From the NCBI GenBank assembly GCA_964481165.1, contig CAYZYC010000001.1, positions 12,123-76,122 on the forward strand: DNA of 64,000 bases. Direction: 5' to 3'. The notes under the pieces are model-generated. The model searched no databases. It had not been told where the DNA came from and saw nothing but the letters and a program-made list of their open reading frames with translations. A program made the translations under genes and the position numbers. This stretch comes from an uncultured Limnobacter sp. Lineage in GTDB: Bacteria > Pseudomonadota > Gammaproteobacteria > Burkholderiales > Burkholderiaceae_E. Shown here one piece after another: positions 20,165-29,649 of the stretch (position 1 is the first letter of the stretch; every line of letters begins with the position of its first letter).

Positions 20165-21079
20165 ATGGCCGCGCGCTCGATCGCTTCCTTGTCGCTGACT
20201 TTCGGCCTGGTCTCGATTCCGGTGAAGCTGTACTCGGCCACCGAGAGTTCGGCCACGGTCAGTTTCAACCTGCTGACTCCCGACGGGTCGCGGGTACGGC
20301 AGCAGTACGTCTCGGCGAAGGACGAGAAAGTCGTCGAACGGAGCGAACTGCGCAAGGGCTACGAATTCGAGAAGGACCGTTTCGTCATGTTCACGCCGGA
20401 CGAACTGAAGGCGCTCCAGGAGAGTCCGAGCCAGACGGTCGACATCGTCGCGTTCATTCCGGAGAACGCGGTCGACCCGCTCTATTACGACAAGGCGTAC
20501 TTCCTCGCCCCGGACAAGCGCGGCGGCAAGCCGTACAGCCTCCTGGTCGAAGCGATGCGCAAGAGCGGCCGCTGCGCGTTGGCGCAGTGGGCCTGGAAGG
20601 GCAGGCAGTACGTCGTGCAGGTGCGGCCCGCCGAAGACGGGCTCGTGCTGCAGCAGTTGCTCTATGCCGACGAGGTCCGGTCGATGAAGGACCTCGATAT
20701 CGAGAAAGCGAAGGTCACCGACGCCGAACTGAAGCTCGCGCTGCAGCTGATCGAGCAGATATCCGAGGACGGATACGACCCGAAGCAGTACGAGGACGAG
20801 GAGAAGAAGCGCATCCTCGCGGCGATCGACGAGAAGATCGCCGGCAAGGAGGTGGTCGTGCACGAAGCCGTGGCGCCGGCCGGCGGCGCACAGGTCATCG
20901 ACCTGATGGATGCGCTGCGCGCGAGCCTGGGGCGCAAGCCCGGTGCGCGGGCGAAAACGGGACGCGCCGAGGCGGCCGAAGTCGATGACGCCGCTCCGGC
21001 GAAGGAGCGCAAGGGCGCCCGGCGCGCACAGGCGGCGGCCGAACCCGCAGCACGGACTCGCGCGCGATCGAAGAAGTGA
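20165..21079 (+). CDS. ku: Non-homologous end joining protein Ku
   Basis: GGAGG SD; LTFGLVSIPVKLYSAT, KGYEFEKD, YYDKAYFLAPD, VIDLMDALRASL, basic C-terminal tail. Confidence 0.92.
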   Translation: MAARSIASLSLTFGLVSIPVKLYSATESSATVSFNLLTPDGSRVRQQYVSAKDEKVVERSELRKGYEFEKDRFVMFTPDELKALQESPSQTVDIVAFIPENAVDPLYYDKAYFLAPDKRGGKPYSLLVEAMRKSGRCALAQWAWKGRQYVVQVRPAEDGLVLQQLLYADEVRSMKDLDIEKAKVTDAELKLALQLIEQISEDGYDPKQYEDEEKKRILAAIDEKIAGKEVVVHEAVAPAGGAQVIDLMDALRASLGRKPGARAKTGRAEAAEVDDAAPAKERKGARRAQAAAEPAARTRARSKK

Positions 21080-21918
21080 CCCGGGACCCGGTCCGGAATT
21101 TCCATACGGTGCGCAGCATCCAGGCGATGCTCGGCATCTCGCGCGGCGCGATCATGCGCCTCGTCGATGCCGGCTTCGTCTCGCCGGTTCGCGGCCCGCG
21201 CAACGAGCTGCGCTTTTCGTTCCGCGACATCGTGCTGCTTCGCACCGCGTACGGCTTGCAGAGCGCCAACCTCGCGCCGCGCACGATCCTGCGTTCGCTT
21301 CGGCGCCTGCGTGCGTCGCTGCCCGACGAACTGCCGCTCACCGGGCTTCGCATCACGGCGATCGGCAACACGGTTGCCGTGCACGACGGCAAGACGCGCT
21401 GGGAACCGGAGTCGGGGCAGTTGCTGATGGACCTGGATGTCCGGCCGGCCGGGGGCGCGGTGGCGATGCTTCCGCACCTTCCGCACCGCCGGCCGCAGAA
21501 GCCCGTTTCGAAGGATCCGGACGAATGCTTCGTGCACGGGCAGCGGCTCGAAGCCGACGACGCCGCTGCCGCCGAGGCCGCGTACCGGCGCGCACTGGCG
21601 CTGGCGCCCGACCACCTCGATGCGAACATGAACCTCGGGGCGTTGCTGTGCGACTCCGGTCGCTGCGACGAAGCCATCGACCTGTACGAGCGCGCGCTCG
21701 AATACCGGCCCGACGCCGCGCCGCTGCACTACAACCTCGCGATCGCGCTCGAGGATGCCGGCGAGCGCGAAGCCGCGCTGGCCAGTTACGAGCGCTGCCT
21801 GGCGCTGGATCCGCGATTCGCCGACGCGCACTTCAACGCCGGTCGGCTGCACGAGGAACTGGGGCATGCGCAGAAAGCGCTGCGCCACTTCAGTGCGTAC
21901 CGCCGGCTGCAGCGATGA
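21076..21918 (+). CDS. MerR-like HTH plus tetratricopeptide repeat protein
   Basis: GTGA overlap with ku; N-terminal HTH/wing (LVDAGFVSP...RFSFRDIVLLR); C-terminal TPRs (NLGALL, YNLAIAL, AHFNAGRL). Confidence 0.8.
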   Translation: MTRDPVRNFHTVRSIQAMLGISRGAIMRLVDAGFVSPVRGPRNELRFSFRDIVLLRTAYGLQSANLAPRTILRSLRRLRASLPDELPLTGLRITAIGNTVAVHDGKTRWEPESGQLLMDLDVRPAGGAVAMLPHLPHRRPQKPVSKDPDECFVHGQRLEADDAAAAEAAYRRALALAPDHLDANMNLGALLCDSGRCDEAIDLYERALEYRPDAAPLHYNLAIALEDAGEREAALASYERCLALDPRFADAHFNAGRLHEELGHAQKALRHFSAYRRLQR

Positions 21919-21928
21919 CCGTGCGCTC

Positions 21929-23317
21929 GTGACGACGAAGACCTCGGGCCGGCCACGCGAACCGGCGCGCCCGAAGCGCGCAGGGCGGCCGGCGGCTGCT
22001 TCGCGCGTTCCGCAGTCGCGGATCGCACGGCTGGCCAACGTCGTGCTCGCTGCCGGAGAACTCGCGATCGGCGGCATCGCCGAAGGGGCACGGCGGCTGC
22101 TGGCCGAGAAGGGCGCAGACGCCGGCGCAGGCACCGCGTTCCTGACCGCCGGCAACGCGCGCCGTCTCGCGGCGCGCCTCGCGCGGCTGCGCGGCGGCGC
22201 GATGAAACTCGGGCAGATGCTCTCGCTGCAGGGCGCCGACCTGATGCCGCCCGAGTTCTCGCAGGCGCTGGCGATCCTGCAGGCGCAGGCGGCCCCGATG
22301 CCTGCGGCGCAGCTGCATCGTGTGCTCGGGCGCGAGTACGGCAAGGGCTGGCAGGCGCGCTTCGCGCATTTCGACGAAGAGCCGGTCGCTGCGGCATCGA
22401 TCGGCCAGGTCCATCGGGCGCGCACGCCCGATGGCCGTGAACTCGCATTGAAGATCCAGTATCCCGGTGTCGCCCGTTCCATCGGCGCCGACATCGACAA
22501 CGTCGTCGCCGTGCTGCGACTGCTGAAGGTGTTGCCGGCCGGCACCGACATCGCGGCGCTTGCTGCCGAAGCTTCGCGCCAACTCGCGCAGGAAGCCGAC
22601 TATCTCGCAGAGGCCGCGGCGCTCGGGCATTTCGCGGGGCTGGTCGCCGACGAACCGCAACTGCTCGTACCGCGCGCGCACGCGGACCTGACGACCTCGC
22701 GGATTCTCGCGATGGACTACATGGAGGGCGAGCCGCTCGAGACGCTCGGCGACCCCGACGTTGCGCAGGCCACGCGCGACGCGATCGGCGCGTTGCTCGA
22801 GCGGCTGGTGTTCCGGGAACTGTTCGAGTTCCGCGCGATGCAGACCGACCCGAATTTCGCGAACTATCTGTGGCAGCCGCGAACGCGGAAGGTCGTGCTG
22901 CTCGACTTCGGCGCGACGATGCGTTTCGACGAAGACTTCGCTCGCGCCTATGCGCGCATCACGCGTGCGGTCATCGCGGGCGACCGCGACGAGGTCGCGC
23001 GGCAGTCGATCGTGATCGGCTATGCCGGACCCGACGACCCGCCGGAGCGCATCGAGGCGACGGTCGACGTGATCATGCTCGTCTGCGAGCCGCTGCGCCA
23101 TCGCGGCCGCTACGACTTCGCGTCGTCGGATCTTCCTTCGCGCTCGCGCACGCTCGGCTTCGACATCGGAATCCGCCAGGGCCTGCTGCGCGTGCCGCCG
23201 GCGCAGACGATGTTCCTGCACCGCAAGCTGATCGGGTCGTTCCTCACGCTCGCGCACATCGGTGCGCGCGTGGACGTGCGCAGGCTGATCGTGCCGCTGA
23301 TCGAGCATTGGACATAA
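21929..23317 (+). CDS. ABC1/UbiB/COQ8-family atypical kinase
   Basis: MKLGQ (KxGQ), AAASIGQVH, KIQYPG, QTDPNFAN, LLDFG; GTG start approximate. Confidence 0.9.
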   Translation: MTTKTSGRPREPARPKRAGRPAAASRVPQSRIARLANVVLAAGELAIGGIAEGARRLLAEKGADAGAGTAFLTAGNARRLAARLARLRGGAMKLGQMLSLQGADLMPPEFSQALAILQAQAAPMPAAQLHRVLGREYGKGWQARFAHFDEEPVAAASIGQVHRARTPDGRELALKIQYPGVARSIGADIDNVVAVLRLLKVLPAGTDIAALAAEASRQLAQEADYLAEAAALGHFAGLVADEPQLLVPRAHADLTTSRILAMDYMEGEPLETLGDPDVAQATRDAIGALLERLVFRELFEFRAMQTDPNFANYLWQPRTRKVVLLDFGATMRFDEDFARAYARITRAVIAGDRDEVARQSIVIGYAGPDDPPERIEATVDVIMLVCEPLRHRGRYDFASSDLPSRSRTLGFDIGIRQGLLRVPPAQTMFLHRKLIGSFLTLAHIGARVDVRRLIVPLIEHWT

Positions 23318-23334
23318 TACCCATTATGCGCAAT
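23307..23334 (-). other. dif: dif-like XerC/XerD recombination site
   Basis: Minus strand ATTGCGCATAA-TGGGTA-TTATGTCCAAT, 11-6-11 architecture similar to E. coli dif GGTGCGCATAA-TGTATA-TTATGTTAAAT; AT-rich island in GC-rich DNA. Confidence 0.82.
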
Positions 23335-23401
23335 CAGGCGGCAAGGGAACCCGGGCGCCCGGGCGCCCGCTCCAGCTTCCCCCACCACCGTTCCGCAGCG
23401 C

Positions 23402-26400
23402 TCAGGTCTCGCATTCGCGGTGCTGCCGCGCGCGCCCGGATTCGAGCGACGCGAGCAGCAACGCCAGCGCCGGATAGTCGATCGGCTTGACGAGGTGTCC
23501 GTCGAATCCCGCCTGCTGCGCGCGCAGGCGGTCTTCGTTCTGGCCCCAGCCGGTTTGCGCGATCACGATCATGTTCCGGCCCCAGGTCTGCGTGCGCAGG
23601 ACCCTGCAGGTGTCGTAGCCGTTCAGCTTCGGCATTCCGATATCGAGCAGCACGACGTCCGGGCGGAACCGCTCGGCCTTTGCCAGCGCCTCGAGCCCGT
23701 CGTTGGCGATCTCGACCTCGCCGCCGTGCAGCCGCAGCAGCATCGCCAGCGACTCGGCGTTGTCGTGGTTGTCGTCGACGACGAGCGCACGCCGATTCGA
23801 CGCAGCCGACGCCGTTTCGGGCTCCGGCGGCAGTCGGCGTGCGTTCGGCGCTTCGTTCTCGGCGACCGGCAGCCAGACGGCGAACTCGCTGCCCAGTCCC
23901 TGGCCGTCGCTGCGTCCGGTGATCGTGCCGCCATGCATCTCGACGAGCCGGCGCACGAGCGCGAGCCCGATGCCCAGCCCGCCGTGCGAACGCTCGATCG
24001 CCGCCTGCGCCTGCGAGAACCGCGTGAAGAGCTTCGGCAGGAAATCCGGATCCATTCCGATGCCGTCGTCCCGGATGCGAACGGAAACGCCGGCACGCCC
24101 GCTGTCGTCCGGTGTCGGATCGACGGTCAGCTCGATGCGTCCGCCACGGCCGCTGTACTTGCAGGCGTTGTTCAGCAGATTCGAGAAGACCTGCACGAGA
24201 CGTGCAGCGTCGGCATGCAGCGGCACGCTTCGATCGGCGTGGCGCACGACGAGCTCGTGGCCCGCGGCATCGAGGTCGCCCTGCACCGATTCGATCGCCT
24301 GCTCGAGCACCGCCGCGAGCTCCACGTGCTCGCTGTGCAGTCGCATCTTGTCGACCGCGATGCGACTGATGTCGAGCAGGTCGTCGATGAGCCGGACCAG
24401 CAGCCGTACCTGGCGATCGATCATGTCGCGCGCGGCGCTCGCCTGCGCCGGCGTCGTCGCGCTCGAACGCAACACGTGCACCGCGTTGCGGATCGGCGCC
24501 AGCGGCGTACGCAATTCGTGGCCGAGGATCGCCAGGAATTCGTCCTTGCTGCGGTCGGCTTCGCGCAACGCCTCCTGCGCCGTGCGCTGGTCGTCGATGT
24601 CGGTGCTCGTTCCGAACCAGCGAACGACGTCGCCCTGCGCATCCCGGATCGGCGTGGCACGCGACAGGAACCACCGATAGCGGCCGTCGCCGGCGCGAAG
24701 CGGAAAGCTGTCCTCCCACAGACCGTGGACTCCGATCACCCGCTTCATGCGCGACAGCACTCGCCGCAGATGATCCGGATGGACGTAGGCCTGCCATCCG
24801 TTGCCGCACGTGCTCGCGAGCGTCGCGCCCGTGTAGTCGATCCATCGGCGGTTGTACCAGAACACGGATCCGTCCGGATCGGCGATCCAGGCGAATTGGG
24901 TGATGTTGTCCGCGAGTTCACGGAACTTCGCTTCGCTTTCGCGCAAAGCGGTCTCGGCTCGCGCGCGCTCGATCGCATGCCATGTCTTCTGCGCGGTTTC
25001 CTCGGCCAGGGCGATCTCGTCCGATTGCCAGGCGCGCGGCCGGACGTCGTGGACGGCGAGCACGCCGGCGAGCCGCTCGCCCTTCACGATCGGAACGATG
25101 ATCGCCGAGCGCACGCCGAGCCGCGCGTACGCACCCTTCTGCGCGGCGCTCAGGCCGACGTCGTCGGCGAAGTCGGCATTGACGTAGGTGTCCCCGGCGC
25201 GCAGCGTCGCGAGCAGGCTCGTGCCGAAATCGACGGTTCGATGCCGCCCCTCGACCGGCGCGACGCCGTTCGTGTATCCGCCTTCGATGGTGGCAACGGA
25301 TTGATCGACGGAGATCTCGGCGTAGAGGACACGCGACGCGGTCAGGTGTTCGCCGAGGATTCGCGCGGCTTCCGCCCTCACCCTGCCGGGATCCGCGAGC
25401 GGACGAAGCGCTTCGCTCAGCGCAAGCAGGAACCGGTTGCGCACTTCCTGCGCCCTGCGCTCGGTGACGTTGCGAAACAGCACCGCGACGTTGCGGTTTT
25501 CCGGCTTGCCGAAGGGAAACGCGTTGATCTCGAACCACGCATCGGCCGCTTCCGCCCGGTGCTCGAATCGCACCGGCCTTCCCTCGCGAACGACGTCGCG
25601 ACACGCGGCGATCCAGCGCGAATCGAGTTGCGGTGCGTGCAACGGGTCGGGGGGGTCGGCGCTTCGCGCGACGTTGCGCTGCACGACGAATGCGGGATTG
25701 CATTCGAGGAAGCGGAAGTCGTTCGGAGCGCCGTCGTTGCCCGGCAGCACCTCGATGACGCACAGGCCGTCCTCGATCGACTCGAACAGCGATCGATATC
25801 GCTCCTCGCTTTCGCGCAGCGTCCGGCCGGCCCGGTCGCGTTCGATCGCGATGCTCGCGACATAGGCGCCGAACGCCGAGAGCCGCTGTTCCCATTCGGT
25901 CGCCTCGCGTGCCTCGTCGAGCGCGAGCACGACGCACGCGGTCGGCAGCCCGTCGACGGCGAGGACCGGCTGCGAATGCGACGCTCGCACGTCGTGGGCA
26001 AGGCAATGCGCGCGCCACCGTGCGGACCAGCGGCCGTCACGGGCGACGCCGGTGCACTGGACCGTGCGTCCGCCGAGGATCGCATCGACCCACGGCGCGT
26101 GCGCGAATCGGTCGATCGGCGTGCCGACCATGGCACGAGCGAACGACTCGGGCAGGTGCGAAGCGACCGCGCGAACGAAGGTCGTGCGCTGCGGATCGGC
26201 AAGCAGCACGCAGGCGCGCAGTTTCGGGGCAAGCCGCGAAACCGCATCGCACAGCGCGCGCAGGCAGTCGTCGAGCGGGCGGCCCGACGCCGTCAGCGCG
26301 AGCAGTGCCTGCTGCTCCGCGAGCAGCTGCTCGGTGCGCTTGGCCTGCGTGATCTCCTCGCAATGCGCAAGCAGTGCGACTGCCGCGCCGGCGTCGTCGG

Positions 26401-27235
26401 CGATCGACGAGATCTGGTTGCGCGCCCAGACGAGCCGGCCGTCGGGACGGATGTAGCGCTTCTCGATCGTGAAGCTCTCGCCGGTTTCGACGAGGCGACG
26501 CAGGCCCTCGGTGTTCGCGGGAAGATCCTCCGGATGCGTGATCTCCTGCATGCGCAGCCGAAGCAGTTCGCCGCGGCTGCGACCGGTGATTTCGCAGTAG
26601 CGGTCGTTGACCATCGTCAGGCGCCCGGTCGTGTCGGCAACGGCGATGCCGCCGGCGGCGCGCTCGAAGAGCGTGGCGAAACGCCGCTCGCTGTCGCGCA
26701 GCGCGTTCTCGGCGAACGAGCGCTCGATCAGGTCTGCAGTCATTCGCGCAAGCAGGTCGAGAAAACGCTGCGTGAACCCGGTCGGCCGGTTCGATCCACT
26801 GAAGTGATTGTTCAGCACGCCGAGCGCACGGCCGTCCCGGCTGAGCAGCGGGGTCGACTGGACCGCGCGGATTTCCTCGGCGAGGTACACGTCGAGGTCG
26901 CGCGTGCCGCGCAGGGCCGGTTCGCCCGCGAGGTCCTCGACGAACACCCGACGCGCGTTGCGCAACGCCGCAATGCTCGTCGCGTGGCAACCCTCGTCGG
27001 CGAAGTGCCGAAGGAATTCCTCGCCCAGGCCCTGATGCACGACGATGCGCAACGCGTTCGTCTGCGGGTCGACAAACTGGATGCTGCCCTTCTCGGTGCC
27101 GGTCAGCTGCGCGGAAGCTGCAAGGATCTCGCGAAGCAGCTCTTCGAGATCGCCGCCGGCGAGAAGCCGCGTGCTGATCGCATGGATTGCCAGCAGGCTG
27201 GAAAGGTCGGCGGCGAGATCCGGATGTTCGCGCAC
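23402..27235 (-). CDS. Hybrid sensor histidine kinase (alternating GAF/PAS, HisKA, HATPase, REC)
   Basis: HELRTPL, NLLNNACKY, DDGIG, GGLGIGL, VVDD...LLDIGMP...KP; PAS motifs THPED and HPDH; start approximate. Confidence 0.92.
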   Translation of the reverse strand: MREHPDLAADLSSLLAIHAISTRLLAGGDLEELLREILAASAQLTGTEKGSIQFVDPQTNALRIVVHQGLGEEFLRHFADEGCHATSIAALRNARRVFVEDLAGEPALRGTRDLDVYLAEEIRAVQSTPLLSRDGRALGVLNNHFSGSNRPTGFTQRFLDLLARMTADLIERSFAENALRDSERRFATLFERAAGGIAVADTTGRLTMVNDRYCEITGRSRGELLRLRMQEITHPEDLPANTEGLRRLVETGESFTIEKRYIRPDGRLVWARNQISSIADDAGAAVALLAHCEEITQAKRTEQLLAEQQALLALTASGRPLDDCLRALCDAVSRLAPKLRACVLLADPQRTTFVRAVASHLPESFARAMVGTPIDRFAHAPWVDAILGGRTVQCTGVARDGRWSARWRAHCLAHDVRASHSQPVLAVDGLPTACVVLALDEAREATEWEQRLSAFGAYVASIAIERDRAGRTLRESEERYRSLFESIEDGLCVIEVLPGNDGAPNDFRFLECNPAFVVQRNVARSADPPDPLHAPQLDSRWIAACRDVVREGRPVRFEHRAEAADAWFEINAFPFGKPENRNVAVLFRNVTERRAQEVRNRFLLALSEALRPLADPGRVRAEAARILGEHLTASRVLYAEISVDQSVATIEGGYTNGVAPVEGRHRTVDFGTSLLATLRAGDTYVNADFADDVGLSAAQKGAYARLGVRSAIIVPIVKGERLAGVLAVHDVRPRAWQSDEIALAEETAQKTWHAIERARAETALRESEAKFRELADNITQFAWIADPDGSVFWYNRRWIDYTGATLASTCGNGWQAYVHPDHLRRVLSRMKRVIGVHGLWEDSFPLRAGDGRYRWFLSRATPIRDAQGDVVRWFGTSTDIDDQRTAQEALREADRSKDEFLAILGHELRTPLAPIRNAVHVLRSSATTPAQASAARDMIDRQVRLLVRLIDDLLDISRIAVDKMRLHSEHVELAAVLEQAIESVQGDLDAAGHELVVRHADRSVPLHADAARLVQVFSNLLNNACKYSGRGGRIELTVDPTPDDSGRAGVSVRIRDDGIGMDPDFLPKLFTRFSQAQAAIERSHGGLGIGLALVRRLVEMHGGTITGRSDGQGLGSEFAVWLPVAENEAPNARRLPPEPETASAASNRRALVVDDNHDNAESLAMLLRLHGGEVEIANDGLEALAKAERFRPDVVLLDIGMPKLNGYDTCRVLRTQTWGRNMIVIAQTGWGQNEDRLRAQQAGFDGHLVKPIDYPALALLLASLESGRARQHRECET

Positions 27236-27366
27236 GGCTACCTCTTGCGAGCGATCCGCATTGTAACGGGCCGGCAACGGTCGCCACGTCTCTCGTCGCA
27301 CGCGGCACCTGCCCGCAACGGTACAGTGCATGCTTCATCGTGTTGCGCACGAACAGCGAGGAGCGT

Positions 27367-28248
27367 ATGACTTCCCGGAGGGTCGGCATGATCGGCGTGG
27401 GCCTGATGGGCCACGGAATCGCGGTCAATCTGGTGCGCGGCGGCTATCGGCTCGCGTTTCTCGAGCATCCGGGCAACCAGCCGGTCGACGATCTGCTCGC
27501 GGCCGGGGCGCGCTCGCTGCGCGGTGCGGCAGCGCTCGCAGCCGACAGCGACGTGCTGATCCTGTGCGTGACCGGGACGCCCGAAGTCGAAGATGCGCTG
27601 TTTCGCGAAGGCGGTGCGCTCGAGGGCTTGCGTGCCGGCACACTCGTCGTCGATTGCTCGACCGCAATGCCGTCGTCGACCGTTCGAATCGCAGCGACGA
27701 TCGAACGCAAGGGCGCGCGCTTTCTCGATGCGCCGATGACCCGCACGCCGAAGGAAGCCGCCGAAGGCCGCCTGAACGTGATCGTCGGCGGCGATCGTGC
27801 CGTGTTCGACGAATTCCGCCCGTTGCTCGAGTGCTTCGCCGAGAGCGTCGTCTACGCCGGTCCGGCCGGCTCGGGCCACCGCCTGAAGCTGCTGCACAAC
27901 TACGTGTCGCTCGGATTCACCGTCGTGCTGGCCGAAGCGGCAGCCTGCGCGCGACGCTCCGGCGTCGACGACTCCGCGTTCCTCGACGTGCTCGCCAGCG
28001 GCGGCGGAGGCGGCGTCGTGCTCGAGCGTCTTCGCCCCTTCCTCGAGTCGGGCGACGATTCGTCGTTTCGCTTCACGATCGCCAACGCGCTCAAGGACAT
28101 CGACTACTACGCGACGATGGCGCAGCAGATCGGCGCAGCGCGCGACGCGGCGCAGGCGATCCGCGGCGTCTACGCGCAGGCGGCAGGACGCGGAATGGCG
28201 CAGTCTTCCGTGCCGCAGCTCGTCGGAATGCTCGCGGCGAACTCCTGA
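27367..28248 (+). CDS. NAD(P)-dependent oxidoreductase, 3-hydroxyisobutyrate dehydrogenase family
   Basis: IGVGLMG, DCST, FLDAP, KLLHN, KDIDY. Confidence 0.88.
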   Translation: MTSRRVGMIGVGLMGHGIAVNLVRGGYRLAFLEHPGNQPVDDLLAAGARSLRGAAALAADSDVLILCVTGTPEVEDALFREGGALEGLRAGTLVVDCSTAMPSSTVRIAATIERKGARFLDAPMTRTPKEAAEGRLNVIVGGDRAVFDEFRPLLECFAESVVYAGPAGSGHRLKLLHNYVSLGFTVVLAEAAACARRSGVDDSAFLDVLASGGGGGVVLERLRPFLESGDDSSFRFTIANALKDIDYYATMAQQIGAARDAAQAIRGVYAQAAGRGMAQSSVPQLVGMLAANS

Positions 28249-28249
28249 G

Positions 28250-28283
28250 CGATTTCGGCGCGCGACGATGCGCGCCGAAATCG
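28250..28283. terminator. Perfect 14-bp hairpin between convergent genes (probable bidirectional terminator)
   Basis: CGATTTCGGCGCGC-gacgat-GCGCGCCGAAATCG; no clear U-tract. Confidence 0.55.
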
Positions 28284-28293
28284 TGCTGGCGCA

Positions 28294-28728
28294 CTACGGC
28301 AGCGGCCTCGCCGCGACGGTGTTCGCTCCCCTGCCGTCGACGCTCAGCGAGCCCGGGCCCCAGGCGACGAGAAACATCAGGCCGCCGAAGATCGCGACGT
28401 TCTTGCTGAAATTGATCGCCTCGGCCATCTGCTGCTCGGCCGGCACCGCCCAGTAGTTGTGGAAGACGAAGGCCGCAACGATCGTGAAGAGCGCGAGCAG
28501 CGCGGCAGCCCACCGGGTCTTGTAGCCGACGAGGATCGCGATTCCCCCGACCAGTTCGATCACCAGCCCGATGCCGACCGCCACCGAGGCGAGCGGCAGG
28601 CCTTTCGATACCGCATAGCCGACGGTTCCTTCGAAGCCCGGCCCGAGCTTGCTCCATCCGGCCGGGATGAACAGGTAAGCGAGGCAGATGCGGCCGATCA
28701 GCGGAAGAATCTTCTGCAGCGCGTCCAT
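28294..28728 (-). CDS. DoxX-family membrane protein
   Basis: IGRICLAYLF, ELVGG, HNYW, FSKNVAIFGG, GPGSLSVD. Confidence 0.88.
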   Translation of the reverse strand: MDALQKILPLIGRICLAYLFIPAGWSKLGPGFEGTVGYAVSKGLPLASVAVGIGLVIELVGGIAILVGYKTRWAAALLALFTIVAAFVFHNYWAVPAEQQMAEAINFSKNVAIFGGLMFLVAWGPGSLSVDGRGANTVAARPLP

Positions 28729-28831
28729 GTCGTCTCTCCCAAAGGGGTTCGATGCAGCGGATGGCAGCGCCCATCGTATCGCTTCTTGGTACCCTGCGCG
28801 CAACCCGCCCGCCGGGCGCCCGCGCACCGAC

Positions 28832-29635
28832 ATGGTTTCCTTCGCGTTCCTCGACGACGCTTCGCCGCTGCAACTCGCTTTCCTCGCGAGCCTGGTCGGC
28901 GGAGCGCTGGCCACGACGCTGGGCGCGTTTCCGGTGCTGTGGATGGACCGCCTGTCGCCGCGCGCGAGCAACGCGATGCTCGCGTTCGCCGCCGGCGTGA
29001 TGCTTGCCGCCACGGTGTTCTCGCTGCTGCTGCCGGGCCTTGCGTATGCCGAATCGATGCTGGGCGGGCGCAGGGCCGCTGCCGCGGCAGTGGTCTTCGC
29101 GCTGCTGCTGGGCGGCGCGTCGATGGGGCTGGTGAATCGCCTGCTGCCGCACGAGCATTTCCTGAAGGGAACCGAGGGTCCTTCCGGCAGTCGCGTCGCA
29201 CGCGTGTGGTTGTTCGTCTTCGCGATCGCAGTCCATAACTTCCCCGAAGGACTGTCGATCGGCGTCGGTGCGGCCAGCGGCGATGCGCACATCGGTTTCG
29301 GCGTCACGCTGGGAATCGGACTGCAGAACATTCCCGAGGGGCTCGCCGTCGCGATGTCGCTCGCAGCCCTCGGCTACACGCGACTGCAGGCGCTGGGCGT
29401 GGCCGCGCTCACCGGCGCGATCGAACTCGTCGGCGGCTTGTTCGGCGCCGGGCTGCTCGCGATATCCACGGGCCTGCTGCCGGGCGCGCTGGCCTTCGCC
29501 GCAGGCACGATGCTGTTCGTCATCAGCGACGAAGTCATTCCCGAAACGCACCGCGGCGAGTTCGGGGAGACCGCCACCGCGGCGCTCTTCTTCGGCTTCG
29601 CGCTGATGTTCTTCCTCGACGTCGCACTGCTGTGA
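28832..29635 (+). CDS. ZIP-family (ZupT/GufA) metal transporter
   Basis: FAAGVML, HNFPEG, LQNIPEG, EVIPETH. Confidence 0.92.
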   Translation: MVSFAFLDDASPLQLAFLASLVGGALATTLGAFPVLWMDRLSPRASNAMLAFAAGVMLAATVFSLLLPGLAYAESMLGGRRAAAAAVVFALLLGGASMGLVNRLLPHEHFLKGTEGPSGSRVARVWLFVFAIAVHNFPEGLSIGVGAASGDAHIGFGVTLGIGLQNIPEGLAVAMSLAALGYTRLQALGVAALTGAIELVGGLFGAGLLAISTGLLPGALAFAAGTMLFVISDEVIPETHRGEFGETATAALFFGFALMFFLDVALL

Positions 29636-29649
29636 GCGCGCAGGCTGCG

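Noticed and set aside
9343-27370. Very long alternative-frame or antisense ORFs (e.g. 9343-13542 +, 16544-20863 -, 23420-27370 +)
   Set aside because: Arg/Ala/Pro-rich shadows of real genes caused by stop-codon scarcity in high-GC DNA; no family motifs.
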